DNA from: Octopus sinensis
Taxonomy: Eukaryota
Reading direction: 5' to 3'
DNA: 64,000 nt
Assembly: GCF_006345805.1 (NCBI RefSeq)
Contig: NC_042998.1
Coordinates: 72,478,001-72,542,000 of the forward strand
Positions within the stretch are counted from its first letter, which is position 1. Each line of letters opens with the position of its first letter. The notes beneath the pieces were generated by a model, which had not been told where the DNA came from, made no database searches, and was given only the letters and a program-made list of their open reading frames with translations. The position numbers and the translations under genes are program-made. This document shows, piece after piece, positions 42,975-54,826 of the stretch.

Positions 42975-43146
42975 TCGTGTGTACCGTTGGTGATTTTTTT
43001 CTGTCTTCCCTTCTCGGGATCTTTCCTTCTCCTATGTTTCCGACGAAGAGCTCCACTCGAAACGTTAAACCCTCCTTCTTCCCTTCTTTCCTGAGCGTCC
43101 AATAATACTCTATTTGTCCCACGTCCTCGCGTTGTTGTGTTTTTTT
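42975..43146 (+). mobile_element. Solo Penelope-like pLTR fragment with a minimal hammerhead motif (43036-43070)
   Basis: GTTT CCGACGA A GAG-CTCCA-CTC GAAAC GTT AAAC; the downstream TTCCTGAGCG..TAATAC resembles the Penelope 3' end at 60218-60240. Confidence 0.6.
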
Positions 43147-43173
43147 GTGTTTTCTTGTTTGGATGAACTATAT

Positions 43174-43221
<48 letters not shown>

Positions 43222-43267
43222 ATATTATATATATATATATTATATATATATATATAGAGAGAGAGAG

Positions 43268-43334
<67 letters not shown>

Positions 43335-43879
43335 GATAGAGATAGAGATATAAATATCAAGATCAGTTATTAATGATTAATTCAGGCCTGTGAATACTTT
43401 ACTGCAGAGGGCCAACGACACAGAAAATTGCGAAAAACAGTCATCCCCTTCACGTTTTTTACTAAGAATCGATTTTTCTTTAAAGTTACGAATTTAAAGT
43501 TAGCCAAGATTATTCGTAAATTATTTAAGATATTATTGATCTATTTCAAAGCGGTTAATAAATTCTGCATGTGTTTTTTTTTTCGTACAGCTATCAGTGT
43601 GAAAATTGTTTGCGTTTGGCTTTAAATTTTATGTCCCTTTGATTATACGCAAGAAAGAAGGCTCTGAATGATGTCATAAGAACTTAGGACGCACGCGTAT
43701 ATAAAATCACATTTAGATTATTTCTCTTAGTGTCTATGTAAGATGCTAATTAAGGAAATTTAATTTGTCAGCTATATTGCAACTGCTGGGATATTCTATT
43801 TGGTGCAATAATGAAGAGATATTCCCATTCGGCAGTTATTGAAGTTAAGTGTTAAGGACTGAAAAATATTTCACCTATA

Positions 43880-44257
43880 CACATGGTTCCACATGGTTTC
43901 GGGTTCAGTCCCACTACGTGGCACCTTGGGCGACTGTCTTCCATTATAGCCTCGGGCCAACCAAAGTCTTGTGAGTGGATTTGGTAGACGGAAACTGAAA
44001 GAAGCCTGTCGTATATATGTATGTATATGTGTATGTGTATATATGTTTGTGTGTCTGTGTTTGTCTCCATAAAATCGCTTGACAAACGATACTGGTGTGT
44101 TTACGTCCCCGTAACTTAGCGGTTCTGCAAAAGGAACCCATAGAATAAGTACTAGGTTTACAAAGAATAAGTCCTGGGGTCGATTTGCTCGACTAAAGGC
44201 GGTGCTCCGGCATGGCCACAGTCAAATGACTGAAACAAGTAAAAGAGTAAAGAGAGT
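43880..44257 (+). mobile_element. SINE family B, well preserved, head truncated
   Basis: B box GGTTCAGTCCC, internal microsatellite, tail GGCGGTGCTCCGGCATGGCCACAGTCAAATGACTGAAACAAGTAAAAGAG. Confidence 0.9.
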
Positions 44258-45059
44258 GTACTTTGGAAATAACTAATGATTGTTGTTAGTTTATTTTTCA
44301 TCCTCCTCTGATCGCAGAAAACTGAAAGCACAAATTCCTCTGGAGGATTCACAGACAGTACATGGACCGGTGAATTTGACGAGTTGTATCCAAGTATTCG
44401 GAAAATGCCACTTAGAAGAGCTCCACGACGATGAGAAAAAGATTTAGTTAAATAATTTAGGTCAAGAAGGAAAAGAATAGCGCAATGAAGACAGTATTCT
44501 ATATACATTGTGACCAGTGGTGTATAAGGATGTCTTATGGTCTCTTCGATCCTGTGGTTCTGTCATATTAGTAGAAGAAAATTAGAATAAATGATAGACA
44601 GTACATCGTTTTCTATTATATCTACGAATATTCTAAATTATAAAACATTTTATACTTTATTACGTTAAAAAATTCTAAAAACTAGAGATATATTCTGAAC
44701 ATTTTCATAAACACCAGAAACATGAAACGACCTTTCTAATATTTAAAATGTTTACTGCGGCATGTGAATATAGATAGAGAATATTGAATATTAGCTTCCT
44801 AACGTATTATGTGTTTAAACATACTTTCAAACTAATGTATGCATATTTAATGAATAGACTTCAGAGCAGTTTTTATAGTAATGTTGTAAACAGAATATAT
44901 TTCATGCAAATAAGTTGTCATGTGTATTTTCAACGAATATCGACAGGATTTGATACATAGAGAAAAACATATATGTGCAACAATTTCAGTTTTGATTTAT
45001 GTCTGTATGTATGTGTATACACACACACACACACACACATACACACACGCACACACACA

Positions 45060-45110
<51 letters not shown>

Positions 45111-45425
45111 TTATATATATTAAATATATATTAATGTGTGTGTGTACACACCAGCTACACCTTAGAAATGCCACTCGTAACTTAAATTCAATGGCTGTTC
45201 AAATTACTTAGTTCAAGAGGTGTCAAATGACGAAAATGTTTACTCTTCATGCAAAATTAAATTTTAATTTAAACTGAATGTAATGACACCGTTTGCCATG
45301 AAATGGTTCTTTCACAGCCTATTGGTTTCACTTGTATCACATAGATTCGGTAAAAATCATTTGCAGCACAAGTGCAACTCAGTAATATGTATGTATGTAT
45401 ATATGTGTATATATATCTATATATC

Positions 45426-45459
<34 letters not shown>

Positions 45460-45591
45460 TGTACTCGCATAGCAAGTAATTTGATCTGAGATCGTGTGCT
45501 GAAACGAAAACAATTGCAGCGTGGAAGGTGTTTATAAGCCATTTAAGAAACACACAAAAGCCGTTCAATTCACTTCAACATTTAAGTTTCA

Positions 45592-45641
45592 TTTGTCAAA
45601 ATATTTTCGTCGCTAAAATCCGCGACCTGTTCACTGACAAA
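45592..45641 (-). ncRNA. Minimal type-I hammerhead-like motif with a G3:C8 core swap, inside a short repeat (~45461-45652)
   Basis: Reverse complement TTTGTCA GTGAACA G GTCGC-GGATTTTA-GCGAC GAAA ATAT TT TGACAAA: 7-bp stem I, 5-bp stem II, palindromic stem III. Confidence 0.6.
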
Positions 45642-45652
45642 AATCCGTGCTG

Positions 45653-45691
<39 letters not shown>

Positions 45692-45699
45692 CTTCTATT

Positions 45700-46186
45700 T
45701 TCGCTTTCTTCAGTCAAGTGCCTGCGGCCATGCTGGAGCATCGTTTTGAAGTTTTTTAGTCCAATATATCGACCCCAGAACTTATTTCATATTCCACCAG
45801 TCACGTTGCCTAGCCGCTAAATTACGAATACGTAACACATCAAAACTGACTGTCAAGGGATGGCCGGGAAGAAACATGACACAAAAATACACACACACAC
45901 AGGTACACATACACACACGTACACACACGCACGCACACGTACACACACACACACAAGCACACATGCAGATGCACAAGCACACACATACACAGATATAGAC
46001 AGAGACACACATATATATATATATGAGAGGTTTCTTTCAGTTTCCGTCTACCAAATCCACACACAAGGCTTTGGTCGGATCGAAGCTATAGTTGATAAAA
46101 CTTCACCAAAGTGCCATACAGTAGGACTGAATCTGGAATTATGTGGTTGAGAAGAAAGTTTTTTACCACACAGCTACGCTTGTGCC
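45700..46186 (-). mobile_element. SINE family B, full-length inverted copy
   Basis: TTCTTTCAGTTTCCGTCTACCAAATCCAC and TGCGGCCATGCTGGAGCA are reverse complements of family B segments. Confidence 0.85.
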
Positions 46187-46656
46187 TAGGGATCTAGTGG
46201 TCGGCATTTTTGATCGAATGTCTCAATGTTTGTGTTAATATATCTTGAAGTACTTCAAGATTACTTTAATATTTTACTGGTATATACAATATATATTTAG
46301 GGTAACTGTATAAAATTATTTGACGTCCGTGAAAGGATACCGTTAAGTTGGATTTTTTTGCTTTGCTTGCAATCATATTGTGACGATCAAATATGTACAC
46401 TTTCAACAGTGATTAATATAATAAATGGGTTTTGGAAATTAGTCTCTATTAACCTTGAGTATGTCATTTCAGTTGTAGCTTTCTATGCTACTATATCTAC
46501 TATTTCCGCATAAAGTTTATTACGTTATTTTTACGATCGAATGATGAGAACATACATATTTCAGAGATTATCTACATTCTGAATGACGAATTGATTCTCA
46601 TATATGTGATAATCAATTCGTCATTCAGAACATGGATAATCTCAATCATTAAAAAA

Positions 46657-47773
46657 GGTAATGTCAAGTTAAGAAAAACGAGCATTTTCGGCACCTGCTT
46701 CTTTTTGCTTTTAATCACGGTTCTAAGGCCGCAAAAGCTGGTCGCGACATTTGTACTGTGTATGGAGAGGGTGCCATAGCTGAAAGAACCCTCTCATGAT
46801 AGGTATGAAAAGTTCAAAAATATAAATTTTGACCTCAAAGATGCACATCGTTATGGCCGTCCAGTTGAGTTCGATGACGAGCTGTTAAACCAAATTTTGC
46901 ACGAAAATGCTCGTCAAACGATAAGCGAACTGGCAGAGAAAATGGAATGCTCCCACACTGCTATAGTGAAGCATCTTCACTCGATGGAAAAGGTTCAGAA
47001 GCATAGAGCATGGTTTCTACATGCTTTAAGTGACAAAAATCAACGACCCACAATCTCTGCTGGTTTGCTTGCTCGTCACCTCTCAACTCATGGACACAAG
47101 CAACGATTTCTTTACCGAATCGTAACTGTCATCGAAAAATGGTGCCTGTACATCAATATGAAGCAACGTAAGAAATGGTTTAGCCTCGGAAAGAAACAGA
47201 GACACCACGCGTGAAACGAGATCTTCATCCGCGTAAAACGATGTTGTGCGCATGGTGGGACTGGGAAAGAATTATCCATTACGAATTGCTTGAACGGAAC
47301 CAAACGGTCAACGCAGAATTCTATGTTTAACAGATGGAACCACTCAACACGGTTATTCAAGAGGAAAGGCCTAATCGTCAGCATGAAGTTCTTGTGCTGC
47401 ACGACAACACCCGCCCACATATCACCAATATGACCAAGGTAGCCATTCAAACGCATGGCTGGGAAGTACAGCCGCGCCCACCGTAATCTCCTGATTTAGC
47501 ACCAACGGATTTCCACGTCTTTCGATCTCTTTCAAATGCTATTCGCAGAGTTTCGTTCAATATTGATGCAGAATTAAGAGCTTGGTTGGATCAAATTTTG
47601 GAGTCGAAATCGGGTGAATTCTACCAAAGATGTATTGAAAATCTTGTTGAACGTTGAGAAGAAGATGTAAACAATAAGGGTAACTACGTTATTGATTAAT
47701 TAGCGTTTTTTTTATTAAACCCTTTAAAAAAAATTTAATTTTAAAAACCGGCGGCAAATCAGTTACCAACCTA

Positions 47774-47774
<1 letters not shown>
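46657..47774 (+). mobile_element. Mariner (DD34D) transposase pseudogene with 3' TIR
   Basis: HFRHLLLFAF..ICTVYGEGAI, GRPVEFD, AWFLHAL (WVPHEL-like), RIVTVIEKW, LHDNTRPH, P*SPDLAPTDFH; stops and frameshifts; 3' TIR ...CAAATCAGTTACCAACCTAA|TA; no clear 5' TIR. Confidence 0.92.
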
Positions 47775-47827
<53 letters not shown>

Positions 47828-47845
47828 ACATACATATATATATAT

Positions 47846-47886
<41 letters not shown>

Positions 47887-47890
47887 CAGA

Positions 47891-47950
<60 letters not shown>

Positions 47951-48266
47951 GTGTGTGTATACACACATACATATATGCATATATGCATTTTTTTCCTTTT
48001 TATCTTCAGTTGTAATGATCTGTTCCTCTATAATTTTGTATATTGCAAATTTATCATTCTTCTACAAGAATATTGTTAACAGTGACTTTGCTGCTCCGGT
48101 CAGCTGTGGCATCTTCCGACCATGGCTAACCTATCAGAAACTTCGAAATTACAGCGGACAACATACATGTATAAGAATAATAAGTACATATATACACACA
48201 TGCCTGCAACATAAATACATCCCTCCATAAATACATGCATTCATACATACATACATACATACATAT

Positions 48267-48337
<71 letters not shown>

Positions 48338-48373
48338 TATATATACATACACACATACATACATATATATATA

Positions 48374-50987
48374 GCCATTCGTGCTGATCGTGCTGGCAGA
48401 AGAAAGGGTGGGACTGCCATTTATGTTCATGATTCATTCTTAACAGAAGCTATGAACACATTTTCCAATGGATACTGCGAAGCAGTCGCTGTATTCAGTC
48501 AAACCAACAACGTAACAGTAGTTGGGCTCTACAGACCACCCCAAACTCCCCTACCATGCTTCAAGGAATGCCTCAACAACATAAAGTGTTTCATTCAGCA
48601 GTGTCAACCTGGCAACATTTTAATGATGGGAGACTTCAACCTTCCCGGGGTTGACTGGTCTACAAACAGTCTGCCGCCAGGTCCTTCTCTCTCAACCCCT
48701 GAAAGGGAAGCAGTGGAATCGCTTCTTGACTTCATGGATGATTTCTTCCTGTCCCAACTGGTGCTCGAACCAACGAGATGTCATAAAAAACGTCTTAGAC
48801 TTAATTTTCAGCAATCACACTGATACTATCCACAATATTGCAGTGGAGAAAACCCTACTCTCTGATCATGACATGGTTCTCTGTGATCTGAGATTTCACT
48901 GCCCAAAATGCAAAACAAATGTCATTCCTCCTGTTCATCCATTTGACACTATGCTAACTGGGAAGCGATCAATAATGATCTTGCACAAGTCGATTGGTCC
49001 TTCACGCACACATACACACCCACTAACATCAAAAAGTCCTGGCAGTCATTTGTAGACACCATTACGAACATATGTGCAAAACACACCCCATTAAGATCTG
49101 CAAACAAATCTAAGTGTCGAATCCCTAGAAATAGAAAATCTCTCATCAGGAAAATTAAAAGAATTTTTTAAAATCAACAAGCTGAAATACTGTCAACAGC
49201 AACACACCAACCTGACTGCCATCTCGTCGCTAGAGATTAAAAACATAAACTCCAAAACAACATCAATAGTAAGCGAAGAGCTGAAGAGGCCTGGGCCATT
49301 GAGAAGATCAAACTCAATCCTAAAGTGTTCTTTCATTTGCAAAAAAACACAGAGTCACTGGTTCTACTGTTGGCCCTCTGATTGATGAAAATGGTACTCT
49401 TCAAGACAATGCCAAAACCATGGGAGGGATATTGCAGAAACAATATTGCTCTGTTTCCAGCAATCTTGATATGAATGATCTGGGCTGTATCAGTGATGTT
49501 ACTCCCGCATACACTTTATCGGACATAACCTTTGGCGCTCCTGATGTCTTAGCAGCAATAAAGGAAATGAAGCATAATTCAGCAGTAGGTCCCGATAGGT
49601 TCCCTGCTTGTGTCTTGAAGATGTGTGAAGACCAACTTGCACCCCCTCTAGGCAATCTGTGGCGAACTCACTGGATGCTGGATATATACCGGAAGACCTT
49701 CTATCCCAGTCTGTTGTCCCATTTTTCAAAAAAGGAAACAAATCGCTTGCCGTGAATTACCGTCCAATCTCACTCACCTCTCATATCATTAAGGTATTTG
49801 AGAGAGTGCTGAGATCGCGTATGATTCACTTCCTTGAGAGTCATAATATGCTGAACTCCAACCAGCATGGATTCCGTAATGGAAGAGATTGCCTAACGCA
49901 GCTACTGCATCATTTTGATGACATTTTGAGAGCCTTGGGAGAGGGTTCCAACACTGATGTCATCTACCTTGATTTCAGCAAGGCCTTTGACAGGGTTGAT
50001 CATAAGATACTTTTGAGAAAGCTGTCCAATATTGGTGTCACTGGAAAGCTGCTGCAGTGGATCAAGTGCTTCCCGTCTAAAAGAACCCAACATGTTGTAG
50101 TCGAAGGAGTCAAATCCAGCCCAGCCAAAGTCAGCAGTGGTGTCCCACAAGGCACTGTGTTAGGCCCACTTCTCTTCATCATCTACATAAATGATATTAC
50201 TGACACCATCAAACACAGTAACATCAGAACCTTCGCTGATGATTCCAAGCTCCAGAAGGTCATCAATGGCGTGGATGACCGAATAAGCCTTCAGTCAGAC
50301 CTACTGGCTGTGTCCAATGGGCGGAAAAGAATAACATGTTGCTAAATGAAGACAAATTCGAACTGATCCACTTTGGAAGGGAGGACGCTCTGAAACTCCC
50401 ATACTCCCTTCCTTCTGGAGAAATTCTCATGGCATCCAACAACAAGAGACCTGGGGAGTAAACAGTGGACAACACATAAGCTGGGCTACACATATAAGCA
50501 GCAAAGTTGACATGGCCCACAGAATGTGTTCCTGGATTCTCAGAACCTTCCAGTCGAGAGATTCCCACACTATTATCCTTCTCTTCTCCACTTTTGCCCG
50601 ACCCCATCTTGAATACTGCTGTCCACTGTGGTCTCCCTACACAAAACAAAATATTATGAGAATTGAAGCCCCCCAAAGGTCAATCACAAAAAAGATAGAT
50701 GGCATGTCAGACCTTGACTACTGGGGTAGACGAGAGAAGCTGAAACTGTATTCACTCCAACGACGCCGTGAACACTACATTATCTGTATGATGTGGAAAA
50801 TATTCCATCAGCACTGTCCGAATGATGTTGGCATCACCTTCAAAATACATCCAAGGCTTGGACCACGTGCCATCCGTCCACAACAAAAATCTAAATCGCA
50901 TCACATAACGACAATACGGCACAATTATTTCATCTCAATTGGACCCGCTCTCTTCAACATTACACCAGGACACTTCAAAACAGAAAC
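48374..50987 (+). mobile_element. CR1-like LINE ORF2 (APE + RT), frameshifted and truncated at both ends
   Basis: APE motifs GLYRPP, MGDFNLP, LDLIFSN, SDHDMV; RT motifs NYRPISLTS, QHGF, YLDFSKAFDRVDH, GVPQGTVLGPLLF, FADDSKL; C-terminal RPHLEYCCPLWSP, LYSLQRRRE. Confidence 0.92.
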
Positions 50988-51178
50988 ATATATATATATG
51001 CACACACACATACCTAACCTGGTTTGCGCTGCATTAGATTTCACAGCATCTCATTCGCGACGCCCCGGTGCATGATGTGTCCAAATTATCGTATTGAATA
51101 ATAAAGATCTCCGGAATTCCATCTTCTTTCTCTCATATTTATATACACATTCACACACACACATACACACACACACAC

Positions 51179-51222
<44 letters not shown>

Positions 51223-51759
51223 CACACACACACACACACACATATATATATTATATATATATATATATATAAATATATACATATATATGTATATATGTTT
51301 GTGTAGGAATGTATACATATATACAAAATACACAAACGTACATGTTTGCGTTTTTGTGTCATTGTTCATATTCGCATGAGTGCGTTATGCATTTTACCAT
51401 TTTCGTGCAATTACAATTAATGTGGAATTCATTCTATAATATATTGAATATAGCAATTTTGTTATGAAATTGAAAACGTTAATCAATTGGTTTCTTGGAA
51501 TAAACGTAGTTTTTTTGGGGTGGGGGGCGAATTTTTTGAGTCCATCAATGATTTGTTATAAGGGTAATTTTTTTATTAAATATTTAGGGAAAGAAATAGT
51601 TATATATTACTCGAATATACGAAATCATACACACATAATATATATATATATATATACCATCATAGGTACACACAAATAGGCGCACACGCTCACACACATA
51701 TGTAATGTATATGCATAGATAATGTATGTGCATATATAAATATATATATATATATATAT

Positions 51760-51985
51760 TATTTATTTATCTAGTTTCAGCTCACTAGCTGTGGTCATGC
51801 TGGGGCACCGCCATTTGGTGTTGCTACATGATTTTACCTCACGAATGCTTTTTAGCAATTGCCATTTGGTGCATGGCAGCTGCCCTCATCTGCACCTCCT
51901 GCCGTGAAGTTGGTTCATCTGGGATACCTGACAAGAAGAGGTCCAGTTTCATTTTAAAGACATCTGCATCCACCCCATGTAGGAG
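51760..51985 (-). mobile_element. 3' terminus of a CR1-like LINE (ORF2 C-terminus + 3' UTR)
   Basis: LHGVDADVFKMKLDLFLSGIPDEPTSRQEVQMRAAA..., stop at 51839-51841; UTR ends GGCGGTGCCCCAGCATGACCACAG..CTGAAACTAG(ATAA)n. Confidence 0.7.
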
Positions 51986-52007
51986 TGGATGCAGATGTGT
52001 ATATATA

Positions 52008-52097
<90 letters not shown>

Positions 52098-52170
52098 TAT
52101 ATTATATATATATATATATATTATATATATATATAATATTATATATATATATATATATATATGCGTGTGT

Positions 52171-52474
52171 GGAGGCCCAAGGGCCCAGTGGTTACGGCAG
52201 CGGACTCGCAGTCGTCGTAGGATAGCGGTTTCGATTTCAAGACCGCGCGTTGTGAGTTTTTATTGAGCGAAAACACCTAAAGCTCCACGAAGCTCCGGCA
52301 TGGGATTGTGGCGGTCCCTGCTGTATTCTTTCGCTACAACTTTCTCTCACGCTTACTTCTGTTGGCCTGCTCGCTCAGCCAGCGGGGTGGCATCATTTGA
52401 AGGCTAAAACAATGCGAAGCGCATTGTGACTAGCGGTATGTAACAACATCCGATAGCCTGGTCGGTCACGTGAT

Positions 52475-52481
<7 letters not shown>
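52171..52481 (+). mobile_element. tRNA-derived SINE family C
   Basis: A-box-like GGCCCAGTGGTTA, B-box-like GGTTTCGATTTC, GC-rich body, tail TCACGTGATCACGTGA; embedded in (TA)n. Confidence 0.8.
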
Positions 52482-52517
<36 letters not shown>

Positions 52518-53610
52518 ACACACACACACATAGATATATCTATCTATATATATATATATATATAAATATCATTTGAAATATGATGTGATATCTCGCCTGA
52601 TTGTGATTGATGCCCTGAAAAAGAAAATGTAGTAACAATTGAAAAGTCATGTGCTAGAAAAAATTAGTCGCCCGAAATAAATCGAACCACAGAGAAACAA
52701 ATGTGCCCTGAGTTCAATACCTAAGCATGCGCACGTTCCTTCATAGTGAATTGAATATATTCATAGTGCCAAGTCTAATTGTCTTGATGATTTGTGCACG
52801 TTGCATGTCTAAACAACCGTACACACTACAAAACAAACTACTGGTCGAATCGTTTCCCATATTACAAAATTGCTTCCAGATATAGAATTTCCTAGGTTAG
52901 CCTAATTACTCTTTTGAAATATTTCGTTGTATGCCATGCATTCTTTTCACCAAAATATTCTTTTATCTGACGTTTGGCCGACGATTCTTGTTTTTCTCTG
53001 TTCCTTCATTTCTCGGCGTTCTTTTTCATACTACCATACATACCATTAACACACCACTAACTTCTATTTTCTTGATTTCCGCTCCATTACTACAATTCTT
53101 CTTTTAGTTTTTCTATTCTCTCAGTTTTCTAATTTTTTCTGCCTACCGTTTGCTGTTTGTTCCGAGTTGTTCTTTTTTCTTTTGTTTTCTAACTGAATTT
53201 CGTTATGTACGATTATCTTAATTTTCTGATATTTCTTTGAATTTCTGTTTTAAGTTACAGTTTTTCAGTTATAATATATTCCTCTTTTCTAGATTCATTG
53301 AACGAACCTCTGATTATTTTTTAAAATAACTAATATTAATATGCAGATTCACTAATTGTTTAATAAAATATATTCATTCGTCCACAGATCCTCGAGGATG
53401 TATCAGTGTATTGTGCTAAGGATAACTCAAGTACAACTGTTCAGTAAGAAATTATAAAACGTTTCACATAGTTTATATTAGCATTTTTAAACTTTTATAT
53501 AACCTTTCTTTGTCATTTAATATAATGCATGTCATTCACATATGCATGCATACGTATATATGTGTGTGTTTGTATGAGTGTGTGTACGTCTATATAGACA
53601 CACAATACGC

Positions 53611-53649
<39 letters not shown>

Positions 53650-53772
53650 CAAAATATGGGTGTTGATATAAAATATAGCTATGCTGGGTAAGTGATGTAA
53701 CGGATTACCAGGGCCCCAAGGTTATAACAGAGACGGGAGCCATTGTAGATTTCCGATGTAGTAGATATATAA

Positions 53773-54112
53773 TTGTTAAATAGGACAACGAACGTTGAAG
53801 CAACACAAACATCTCAAGTCATATACGTTATTATTATCGAAAAAATTCAAAGTCTTACAGCTGTTTCTGGGAAAATCCCAAAGTATGGGATATTCCGTCA
53901 CCGGAGGACACATAGGCAAAATGAGAGATGTATAAGTTTAATTTATATAATTTGTACCATTCTCATTTTACCTATTTGTCTCCGATGACGGAATATCCCG
54001 TACTTTAGGATATCTCATAAACGGCTGTAAGACTTTGAATTTTTCCAATAATGATAACATACATGTCTTGAGATGTTTGTCTTGTTTTAACGTTGGTTAT
54101 CCTCTTTAACAA
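53773..54112. mobile_element. 340-bp palindrome made of two inverted pLTR-like units, each with a hammerhead-like motif
   Basis: Arms of ~155 bp; motifs at 53852-53909 (-) and 53978-54033 (+). Confidence 0.75.
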
Positions 54113-54113
54113 G

Positions 54114-54144
<31 letters not shown>

Positions 54145-54145
54145 T

Positions 54146-54212
<67 letters not shown>

Positions 54213-54826
54213 ATAAACGTGTCAATTGTTTCTCTTCACACACTCAATGATGCACTAATGTGTTGCATCTTCAAAAAGAAAATTTTATAGATATATATAT
54301 TTCTCCAATTATTTGAGGAAATCACAATTTTGACATTTACAAGCAGAGGAATCAACTTCCAATGAGAATTTTCTAAATTAATCACTGAGAAAACGCCATG
54401 TTTGATTCATAAAATGGATATCGACTATATTACGCAAATTCATACCATCTCTTCAATTTGACAACTGAATGACATTGTTATACAACTGTATAACAATGAA
54501 ACTTAAAAACTTAAATGAGAATAACCATTTCAAGGGGTATTTTGTGTATAGAACACAAATAGATAAAATCCGTTTCTCTCTGTGACCTTCCAGTTTCTGT
54601 TAAATTACCATCTTACTTTCGTTAAATACACTTAAGGTTCTGCAGTAATTGAGTAAAAACAGGATTGGGCCGAGACTGACAACTCTAAACTTTAATAACG
54701 GATTTCATATAATTTTAATGGGATGTTTCTAAGGTATTTGGCAATCTAATCTATGACAATTATAAAAGTACACTTAATATTTCTACAGTTATATAGGTCC
54801 AAATCCGTGGTAAATATGACAAACAA

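Noticed and set aside
46295-46310. Candidate 5' TIR of the mariner (TTTAGGGTAACTG)
   Set aside because: Only a short partial match to the 3' TIR
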